A program made the translations under genes and the position numbers. This document shows positions 36,702 through 48,700 of a stretch of DNA of 63,838 bases, piece by piece. Every line of letters starts with the position of its first letter. Positions within the stretch are counted from its first letter, which is position 1. The notes beneath the pieces were generated by a model that was not told the DNA's origin, ran no database searches, and saw only the letters and a list, made by a program, of their open reading frames with translations. This DNA comes from Aplysia californica. Taxonomy: Eukaryota. The stretch lies in the NCBI RefSeq assembly GCF_000002075.1, contig NW_004797281.1:365845-429682 (forward strand). The letters run 5' to 3'.

Positions 36702-39700
36702 CTGTGGGGAGGAGAGAAGGTGTGGACATCAATAAAATAAGTGCATGTNNNNNNNNNNNNNNNNNNNNNNNNNNNNNNNNNNNNNNNNNNNNNNNNNNNN
36801 NNNNNNNNNNNNNNNNNNNNNNNNNNNNNNNNNNNNNNNNNNNNNNNNNNNNNNNNNNNNNNNNNNNNNNNNNNNNNNNNNNNNNNNNNNNNNNNNNNNN
36901 NNNNNTACAGACAAAGAGACAGAGAACAGGGGGCTACAGGGGATAGGAGGGGGAGGACTGGAGATGGGAATGGGATGGGGAGGGACAAGAGGGGGGAGTG
37001 ATGGTGTGAGAAAGAGGGGAGTGGTAGTGTAGGAGAAAGGGGGGGGGCAAAAGTAAACTACCATAAATCTTTTCCCAGCTGCAGAACAGAGACAACATAG
37101 AGTAGCGAGTTGTGCAAAAGTCTGTGGAATCAAATATCTGGTAGGCAAAACTGGATCTTGCAGTAGGCCCTACAGTACATTACCGTGCAAAAAAGACAAG
37201 CGTCTCCTAATACGTAAAGAAATTGCAGCAAAAGGAGGAAGCTGAAAAGGGGATAAAAAAAAAAAAATGTGGACATTGTAGTTAACATGGCATTGCACCA
37301 AGCTTTTTGTCAACATTTTTGTAAGATGACAAAGAAACATCTTGAGCCACCACAAGTTACTTCCCTTCACTGGCCTTCTTGCGCTATGGCTCTTTTATGA
37401 CAGATATCACTTTCACTTTATGTTTAAAAAATGCTCAAGTTAATCCCACCCTGCATCATGTTAACCAGTTTTTTGTAAACCCCCTCAGGGACACCCAACA
37501 TTAGAACTTCAGATTACATAACAATGAACACATTTCCAGTTTTACACTCTTCTTCTGTTTAGTTTGTGTTTTAGTAAGAGTTTTACAGCACTTTCAATAC
37601 AATAAGGTCGTGTATAAGTGCCCAAGATTAGAGGCATTACAAGAGCGTATCAAACACAAAAAAGAAGGAGGAGAGATCAAGAAGATAAATATTTGAAAGA
37701 AAAGAAGGAGCAAACCACACCAGAGCAACCGCCAACCACCAGCGCTACACTCTTCATTACAAAAAATATAACCAGAAGTCAATGTCATCAATTGTTGCTC
37801 GTAATCATGATACTTGTCTAGTGCACATGACAAAAACCAAATCAAATCTACGACAAGTGGGAATGGTTTTGGTGCAGTGTATGTTAGAAGGCTCTGAAAT
37901 TCCCGACTGCCAAATCCAGTGCAGTCCCCGGAAATTTGGGACAGTTGGCATGTGTGCCGCATTATTCAGACCCTAATGTATGCGTGTACATCCAACAAAG
38001 TGCTTCCTTAGAATTAAAAAGCTCTATCTGCTCAATACCTAGTTTTGAGAAATTTGACATTAAAAATGTGGAGTTTCACAATATTTCAAGCTTTTTCTAA
38101 AGTAATTCTTTGAATATCTTGATAATGACAGAATAGTCTTATGATTTTGATAGAGCAGATAAGGCATTTGATTTCTCATTTCCTGGTCTTAGTAGCTTTA
38201 AACAGCCAAAAATATCAGACAGAACTTTGTAATTCTGAGGTAGCGGAATGCCTCACAGAGAGATTATTGATACTTACGTTACTTTAGACGCAGAACAAAT
38301 GCTATAAAATTATATCATTGATATCAAATTTACCTTTGTGTTTGGACTGTACTTTTCAAAGATTTCCATCATGCTGTCATGGTACTTTGGGTGCCTCTCA
38401 TAGAGAGAGCCATCTATTGCTATCGTCACTTCAGGTCGACCGACATGATTCACAAGTACAGCCATGGCTGAGGAAATGATAAGCAACTTGGAATCGAAGA
38501 TGTTCATTGATAGGAAGAAAACTAAGTACAGGTTAGGTTTATTTGTTTGAATTTGAGTAAAGAGATGCACATATTTTTCCTTCCCCTTTCCTCTGCAAGG
38601 TCTCAAGAGAAATCAGCGGAACAATCTTTTACAAATGGAGCAACGACTTTTTAACTTCTAATTTCAAACATGGTCTGCATAGGTAAAAAACAGTCAGATT
38701 TGTTGGGTTTAAAAAAAATTATAAATAATAAACTAAAAAAAAATTTACAGGTTGAAGTTTTAATTCAAATAGCAGTCAAGTTAATGTTTTTAGGCATATC
38801 CTCATTTTCTAATTGTTCAAAGATGGTCTGCCGATCAGTTCAAGTTCTATCTTCTTCATCCTTATAGCACTGGACCCAATGAAATATATCTAGCCCTAAA
38901 TCTTTATTGACATCTGATCCCTTGTTCTGACCAGGTACTGGCTCCTTGCTCATGTCATCCTCTTCCTCTTCTTCCGTGTGAGGTGTTGAACAAACCCCCC
39001 CCCCCCCAAAAAAAAGAAGGAAATTAATCGCCGCACTGGCAGAAAAATGTCAGATTTTTTCATTCTTCTTACTCTGACAAGCGCCCAATTTCACCATCAC
39101 AATGTCACACATGTCTCAAATAAAAAAATACTGTGTCTTACCAGCTGCAATAGTGTGAGCTGCTCTTCGGGACATGAAGTCACACACTTCCCGCACAATA
39201 GCAACATCCTTGTCTGTCGCAATTGAGTCCAGCCCAAATTCCTCCAGGACTTTTTTCGTCCTTGTAGTTGTCTGACCTTCGTCACTGAGGGCAAAAAGAT
39301 CTTACTCAGGCAATGGCTCTCGAAACCTCTCCTGCATGCAGTGCTGAAGTTCAGTTATCCCTACTAGTACTTAGAAAAAAACAAATTCTGAGACAGGAAT
39401 GTTGTTTTGTATGTGTATTACTATGTACTTCTTTTCTTTTCTATTTTTTATTTTATTTCAATATTTAATGTCAAGACAAATTTTGCGTTGTTCCTATAAG
39501 ACAATGATAATTGAATGCTTTATTCAAGTAGACATATATGGAGAGAGTACAGGTTATAATTTATAATAACAGTTGCATTTATTTAGCGCACATCCATGCG
39601 CCACAGGAAGCATAGGCCTAAGGTGCAAGCAGCAACTTAAGCGCTCAAATGCTAACAAACTGATAAGATCTGTCGCCATTTATAGCAGGCACCCATTTCC

Positions 39701-42700
39701 ACCTGAGTGAAGTGAGGAAAATTTGTGCCAAGTGCTTTCCTAAAGGACCCGACTTTTGGTCCTATAGCCTAACCACTAAATGAGTTAAGGAGGGGAGATC
39801 AATCCATAATCTTCCAACTTAGAACACAACATGTACCCCTCAACCAACATCTCAACCGAATTGGAGTAAAGCAGTCTGCTGCCTGCTCACTATGTGACTA
39901 CCCCTCAGAGACAGTGAAACATCATCTGTTCTTCTGTAGAAAACTAACTGATTTAAGGGGATGTTTTCTTCCCAAGCTACCCCACACATCTAATTGCCTC
40001 TACTCCTCAAGACAACAATTAGAACAAACATGCAACTATTACCGAATGGCATCATGCAGAAGAGTGAACGCTCAGATGCTACTGGATCGCTAACAACAAC
40101 AACAACAACAGCCTAACCACTAGACCACAGACACCACAATTCTAATAATAAAAAGTTTTATTCCTCTGACACTTTGTGATGACCCACCAAGATCATTATT
40201 CTTTTTGCAAGACCTAGGGGGTGGGTGGAAGAAAGCAGAGGATTTTCAATTCAAATGTGAAATCGGTCCTGTTGTATGGATCTGAGACATGGAACGCATT
40301 TCAGACTTGAAGAGGATCCAGGTTTTCTTGAACAATTATCTAAGAAAGTTACTGAGGATCAGATGGCCAAACAAGGTAACCAACAAGGAAGTGTTAAGGA
40401 AAACAAGACAGATCCCAGTCAGAGATGAGGTAGGAAGAAGGCAGTGGCAATGGATTGGATAAAAAATACCCTCAGGAAGTCAGGTAGCTGCATAACAAAG
40501 AAAGTGTTGGATTGGAATCCACAAAGTAAAAGACCAAGGGGAAGACTGCATGGAACCTGGAGAATAATCACAGAAATTGATGTACAGAAAAATGGGAAGA
40601 CATGGAATAACATCAAGAGGCTAGCCCAGGATAGAAAAAGGTGGAAAGTGTTGGTTTGTGGCCTATACCCAGGTGCAGGGTGAGAAAGGCAATGATGATG
40701 AGGGGTGGGTGGGAGCATGATACCAACAAGACCTACTTGTTTTTTTTTTGTGCAAGACCTAGGGGTGGGTGGGGGCACGATACTGAAAAGAACGACTTGT
40801 GTACTTGCCTCTCTATAGCGGTGATGTGGGATGCAGTCAGCGCCCAGCGTCTTTCCACTAGATCCACTTGCTTTCCCCCAAACAGAACACCCTCTTGGAC
40901 CAGCTGAACAAGAACCAGACGGGCCAGCTCTCCGAGGTACAAGCCAGCCACAGACTTTTCAAACCTGTAGTCGACCAAAATAATTGAAGGATATATAGGG
41001 GAAAAAACAAGGGATGTCACTTTCTGGTATTTTGAGAAAAACAAAAATGAAATAACGCTTGACAGCCCAAGTGGCATCCATAGTTTAATTTATTTTCTAA
41101 GCCTGTTATCGGGCAGCTCATCAAGTTTTAGCCCTGGACTCTTATAAAGGTCAGAAAATGTGCCTAAACACTTTCCAACTCATGTCACAACTCAAATAAT
41201 CCAAAACCTGACATCTCCTGTCTTTCCCCTTCAATTATTTTGTTTGTTAGAGAAACAGAAGCACAAAAAAGTCCAAAGTTGTAATCTAGTGCAAAGAAAA
41301 ACTGAAACAAAGATGAAAAAAAGAGAAGTAGGACCTGCCAGTGGCTTCCTCTAACTACCCAAAATCAAAATTAGGAAAAAAAGCAACATATCAGTGTATT
41401 GTACCAGATTTTTCTTCTTCTTCTTCTGCATTCCTCTGCTTGAGCTCAGGGAGTAACGGTCTGTGTGATCTTCATCTCACAGTGCAGTTGGTTTTGACGA
41501 GCACAAGCATACATATTTTTGTATTTTATTACACAAAAATGGATTTTCATATTCAGACCTTCCAAAATGTATTAGATACCTTTTTTTAAAGTATTGGTTA
41601 GAAGCTATGAATATGATACTATTACTGCTTCTCTTTCAAAACAACAAAGAGCAAAAAAAAAGATGATTATAATGATTTTTTAAGAAGAGAAACACAATAG
41701 ATTCCTAAATAAATATAGTAAAACCTGCCCAAACAGCCAACTGTATAAGACATCACTTGTAGAAACTAGCGGCTACTTCTCATTTTGTCCCCTACGTTTT
41801 TTTAAAAACAACATTTTAATGACTCTATGTAAGATGGCCACCTGTCTAGGACACCCACTTTTCTCCCTAACAATGTTGGCTGTCCTAGACAGTTTCGACT
41901 ACACTTGCCCTTGTATGAAAAAAGAATATTACATACGTAAATGAGCCAGGGTGGTTTGAGTGCTGGTCCAACTCTTTCTCGTACTTCGAGCGGCAGAAGT
42001 CTAAACAGCCGTTGTCTCCCGTGGAGCCACACTCCACATTCACAATAACCTGAGGACAAGAACAACAAACTACAGTCCAACTTGCTCTCACCGCCACCTG
42101 TCCAAGACAATTCTGGGGTTTTATTTTAAATGACAGTATATCCATTTTCGGAAAATGTTCACGAGAGCCAAAAATATCCAATTCACATCTTAGCCTCTCA
42201 ACAGCCAGTCACTTTGACTATCCTTAAAATACTTTTCCAGCCTTATTTATTCAGACATCGATACTAGACTAAGGCAGAAATGTGTGTCACGTTTCAAACT
42301 ATCATGAGGAATCGATGACTCAATTTCGTCGAAACCTGGACATACTAAAAAATAAAACTCCAGAATTAGCTGTATAAACCACCATTTCCCCCATCATCTC
42401 TTGTTTTTTTTTTTTTCAGAATATGTATATATTATATGTTATAATGGCAAAGTTCAAGATGTCTGCCTGTCTAAAACTGGCACAGTTCAAGATGTCTACC
42501 TGTCTAAAACAACCGTTTTTCTTCTGACAATAGGTGACCATCTCGGACAATTTTGATCGTATGACACACGCAACCACTTGCCAAGGGCACCAAGTCAAAC
42601 TATAGAGAACTTTTTTTTTCTGTTCTGTACAAGTTTTACGGCACTTGCAACATAATAAGGTCATATAAGTGCTGAAGAATAGATGTGTGTCAATAGAGTA

Positions 42701-45700
42701 ACATACACTAAAATGAAGGAGGAGAGATAAGGACGATATATGTTTGATAGGAAAGAAGGAGCAAACCACATCAGAGCACCCAACAACCACCCACAGAGAA
42801 AAAGGGTGAAAAAAGAAGAAAAAAATCCCTAGAACGAACTGAACAAAGAAGAAAAAGACCCCTCCTACGTGTTTGGGGTCTTGATAGTCCCCGGTCCACT
42901 TTTCAATCTCCTCTATGTTCTCCACAAAAGCAGCATTGCTGCCAGTACCTGTGACAATAAAAGAGAGGTAAAGAGATAACAACATCAAATCAATGCCTGG
43001 TCCTTGAGTTTGTACTTTTAGTAAGAGAGGGGGGTGGGGGGTGGGAGGTGGAGAGGGNNNNNNNNNNNNNNNNNNNNNNNNNNNNNNNNNNNNNNNNNNN
43101 NNNNNNNNNNNNNNNNNNNNNNNNNNNNNNNNNNNNNNNNNNNNNNNNNNNNNNNNNNNNNNNNNNNNNNNNNNNNNNNNNNNNNNNNNNNNNNNNNAGA
43201 GCAAGCATGGTATGAGTATTAGTTTTAGTAAGAGTTTATAGCACTTGCAACATAAACAGGTTAAATTCATAAGTGCTGAAGATTAGAGGTGTCACTAGAC
43301 AGTAACATATAAAGAAAAGAAGGAGAGGTAAGGACAGTAGAAGTTCGATGATAGGAAAGAAAAAAGGGGGAGGGAAAGAAAGAATGAGCTTCTCATGTGA
43401 AAAAAATAGCTTTGAAAATTAGAGCAGGTTCTCATCAATTTCTCTGGTGAGTTGGGAAAAAATGACAATAATAATTATAAGTAGCATTTGTTTAGTACAA
43501 ATTCCTTCTCAACAGCAAGCTCTAAGCGCATTGCAATTTATATTATTACCACAGCAGACTTAAAAGCGTTTTGAAACAATCTCAACTTTCTGGGAAGCAT
43601 AGTGTGCAGGCTGTAGGATCAATGGCTCTTGGGAAGAAAACAACCCAACCCAGACATGACAAAGGGAAAGAAAAGAAGTAGGACCTACCACAGGTGCCCC
43701 TTCACCCACCCACTTTATGGAGTTGTTATTTCATATTTCATGCCAAGAGCCCATGTTCTTCAGAAACAATCTGTTTTGTTTGTTGGAGTAAAGAGAAGGA
43801 CACCGACACAATATGTCCTTTAGCGAAAGGAAAAAACAAGACGCAAAGACAGAAAAGAATAGAAGGAAAGAAAAGAAAACAACCCACCCTCAGGAATAGA
43901 TAGCGACACAAGATCAGATAAAAGTAAGTATGGGTTTAATGCCACTTATCATTTGATTATTTTTTCAAATGAAAATTATTTTTTTGGGTACCGTAATTGC
44001 TTTACGGCGCTAGTAACTGCATAAGGTCATAATATGAGCACGCAGGACATATCTAAATATTTTCACCAGGTAGGAAATTTTGAATTTTGCCCAGGTGGCG
44101 GCCGAAGCCTACTCTGATCAATTTTGGACCACCAAGGGATCTTTAACGTGAGCAACTTGCACACGGAACCTCTGAGACTTTTCGCCCTTCTCCGAGAAGG
44201 TTAGGTGTAAATCTTTCCTACTAGAAGATCAGGGGTGTGGCTGAAAGACAACAGTAAGGAGCCAAGGAGTAGCAGTAGAAAAGCTGCAGAAAGAGTCAGG
44301 AGCCCATAGGAGGGGGCAAAAGAGGTGAAGGGGTGGGGAAAGACAGAGGAGACGAAAGCAGACGACAGAACATTGCTAGAGCAGGAAAGGAAGTGAAAGG
44401 AAACAATTTTAGAGAAGAAAAATTTCCGTCACTATCCGGATTGTAACACAGGACTTATTGAATGAGAGGCGAACACCTTAACCTCTAGGCCACGATAGCC
44501 CACAATTAGATTATCTAAGAGGCCGGACCTCGTAATTTAACGTCCATCTCTGACAGGGCTAAGCCGAATGGATTGAGAGTCTTGAAGACAAAATGACCTG
44601 AGTTCAAGAACGTCTAGTCAGGGATTCAAATCAGGGCCATCTGCTCCGCAGAGCAGCACAATACCAACTGAACTAACAGGGAGACAAAATAACTGATAAA
44701 AGAATATTGACATTAAGTGGAACAAGACAAACAAGCTAAACTGGAGAGCTACCACCCCCCCCCCCCCCCCCCCCCATTTTTATCTCTCTTGGCAGAAAAA
44801 AACAGAGAACTGCCTTATCACAGTCAACAAGCGAATAAAGTAGACTGAAGCACACAGTTATCTGTTTTTCTGTTTTAGTAAGAATTTTACAGCACTTGCA
44901 ACATAATAAAGTCATATAAGTGTCAAAGACTAGAGGTATTACAAGAGAGTAACAAACACAAAAAAGAAAGAGGGGAGATGAGGATGATAGATTTTTAATA
45001 GGAAAGAAGGAGCAAGCCACACCAGAGCACCCGCTAACCACCCATTGAGTCATCTGTGGACTGATGTTTGTAAACAGAATCCTCTCCACATAAAAGTACT
45101 GTGACCTGGTTTTCAAGTTCCATCAACAGAAAGGTCCTTGTCCTTTATCACCACAGATATTAGTTTTCAATAAAGGCTGAAAAGCTGTCCATGGGTGGTT
45201 GGCAGGTGCTCTGGTGTGGTTTGTTCCTTCTTTCCTATCAAACATATATCATCTTCATCTCTCCTCCTTTTCTTTTTGTAAGTTACTCTCTGGTAACATC
45301 TATAATAATTCATGACGATTATACAAACTATAATTTGTGTTGCTAGTGCCGTAAAACTCTGTATTAAAACTTTGGACTGTCCAATGAAATTATGAAGCCA
45401 TAATTTTTACAGAGAACCCTCTCTTCAAATTACTCTGACCATGCTACCGATGAACTTCTTGTTTGTCTGCCTAAGTAAAAACGTGGACATGCACACAATA
45501 ACATAGCAGTCAAAGAAAGCCAACACACACAGTCAGCTGTTCAGATGTCATTATCTCATACGACGCTCAATCTGACCAAAAAGCCTGGAGATCATGGCTC
45601 TTCATTTACAGTATTCTCCACTCGGACGCTCTCAAAAATCCTATATCATTCTGGTTTTTCCCCGTCCCCCATCTGTTTAGCTTTTCCAAATAAATTTCTC

Positions 45701-48700
45701 AGATGTACTAAGCCCAAAATTTTGACATTTCTATTTTTGTTGTAGGTTGTATCCATTGCATGTGATGAAAAAAATCCGGAATTCTATTTTCTTTCGGTTT
45801 ACCAGTGTTTTTGGATTGAACCTGTTCGGTTTAGGCACACTCCGCAGTATCAAATTTCCAAACAAAGCAAAAGTTTTAGGCCACCTACCTCATGCTCATC
45901 ACTAAGCAAAAAAGCTTGCACAAAGAAGAGTTCACAATATAAATAAGAATCATACCCAGAATGAGGCCGATACGGCATCGCTTGTCCAGGTAGTTTCCCG
46001 CCATCAGCGTGCTGACCGTGTCGCTCATGACAACCACAATGTCCACGGGGAGACCCTGAGGACACAGCATTCGCTACAATCACACAGTGCTCTTCATTTT
46101 TAAGCTATAGAATGCTTCCATTCTTTTTACAACACAATTACTCATTAAATTTTTTAAAACCATACAAAGCTCAAATTCTTTTTACCTTACAATAATAGAA
46201 TGCTCTTCTGGTCTTTGTTTTTAACCATACCGTGTTTACATTATTTTAACTGTACAATCACACAATGTTCTTTTCTTTTTTAACCATACAGTGTTTACAT
46301 TCTTTTTACCATACAATCACACAATGCTCACATTCAGTTCACCATGCACAAAGACATCAATTCTCTTTTGATGCCTTTGAAATTAAAAAAAAATTATAAA
46401 AAAAAACCCAACAACAATATCTGGCTCAAAATTTCAAAGCAACAAAGAAAATCTTAGCCTTTACAGCTCAAATGACTAAAACATGAGTGATGTAACTAAT
46501 ACAAATACATCAACTTACTTGCAAAAATAAACTCCACTTCTAATTAAAAATGCTCCTGGATTCTAGATGACAAGTAACGGTATTAGCTTCAAACATCTAG
46601 TTAACAACTTCATATGATCCCCACTCTCAACAAAAAGATGTAATAGAAATGAGCGAGGGTTGTTCATTTAACACAATCATTTTCAGCCCAACTTAACTTC
46701 TTTACACACAAATTAACGTGAACGAGTTCTGTAGTTCCACCTAACATCCCATCGCGTAAGATCCCGTTTCGCTTAAGATCTTGCTGTTTTAAGAAAACTA
46801 AGTTTTTACTATACAAAAGTCATCCCTAAGATCCAGCTCTGATTGACTATATTTGGCTAAGATCCCCCATTTTTTTCATAACTAACTGAATGAAACCGGG
46901 ATGCACCCAGCTGATCAAACGAGCAGAGAAAATTTGTGACCATTGTACCACAAATCGCGCCACAGATAATTTACTCTCATGAATGTGATCTATTTCCATT
47001 GTAAATCTCCATTAGGGGGTAAAATGTTTGCTCCAGAAAGGATCATGTCGAGGTGTAAACCTGTCAATGCGTTCTTTTGCCCCAAACATTGCGCTCACAT
47101 TTGAGCCTACTGCCTGAACTTACATCATGTGCTGGGTCAGTAAGGCCTACATGCCACATTAAATGGGATCACATCGAACTGTGGACTTGTCAGTGCTTTT
47201 ATGTCCCTGACCATTACACTTCACTTTGTGCTTTGTGTCTGACACCCTTAGTTAGAGACAGTCCGATCGCCTTTTGGCAGTCATCCTGCCTTCAGTTCTC
47301 CGAATTTTAATTGGTACAGTCACAACACAATGATTCCTTATGACAAGAGCAGGAAACATGGTCTGAGATGGAAAGCTATACATTTTGGACAGGTTAACAT
47401 ATGAAACAATTGGATTGACCTAAACCTTGAGACTTACTATTGGATAAGCCTCAACTAAGTAAGAGACCACTGTAACTGGTCAAAAGGGTTAACCAATCTT
47501 TGCTCACCATAAGTTATTAGCCCGTATCAACAAAACATTTACTTCCAAGAAGTTGTCTTAATATCAAGGGATCACATAATTTCATTTCAAAGTAAGAAGT
47601 TTTATCTTTACCGACCGTGGGCCTTACCATGATTCAAAATGGATTCTTACCCTGGCGATTCTGCTAAGATCCCATTCACCCAAAACCTCAAATTTTCCCT
47701 TGCTCCCAAGCCCCGGGATCTTTGGGCACAGGATGCTGCACTCCTTTCTAATTTTAGAGTTTCAATAAAGTTTTTGCAACCTTGTGACATACCAATATGA
47801 TGCATCAACAACAACAGAATTTCATTGTTATTCCACTAACTCAATATCAAATAAGTTGAAATTGACCAATTTAGAAATGTGGATGTCTTGGACTGTGCCA
47901 GCATCATGTAGAAAAAAATACAAGGGGGAAGTGGGAAGTGGTCGTTTGTTCAGGTGATTGTCTTGGGCAGGTGGACATTAGAGCAGTTTGACTGTATTTT
48001 AATCATGATAAGTAAATCTATCCCCAATTTTCAGCAACAGCTTTCTCAGAAATGCAAATTAGAGGCCAAATCGATAAACCCCACCACAAATATTACTCAT
48101 CACTCAGATTTCTGTAACAATTACCGGACACTTCCGCTCAATGGCTGCCTCCAGCATGGCCACCGAGTCCTCCCCGACACCGTCCGGACACTTGAACGTC
48201 TTCGTCCACGTCACCAGCGTACTCTTCTTCAAAGAAATTTGAATCGATGGAAACGAGAAAGTAAACCCTAGAGAAAAAAAAGTATAATTATATATAATGA
48301 CTAAAGGACTAAAAAAAGTTTTCTTCAGTCATCACGAAAGCAAATATTCAGTTTATAACTTTATTTTCCGCTTTTTTTATTTCCAATATTCATTTCATCT
48401 TTCCATTGCCTTTCCAACAGAATTACCTCCAGCCTTAAGACAAAAAAATCAAATAGAAGTTGACATTTTTCAACCACAAACAGGCAAAACATACTGAATA
48501 CCCTGAAAAAACTAATTTGTGAATTGTTACAAATTGCACTAAGTATGACTTAACTTGCTTCTTCCTCAACAGTGTCTTTGGCTCCGTCTTTCCTATTCAC
48601 ATATATATCATCCTTATTTCTCTGCCTTCTTCTATTTATTTGTTACACTCTCGTAACACCTCTCATCTTCGACATTGTGTTGCAAGTGCTGTAAAATTTG

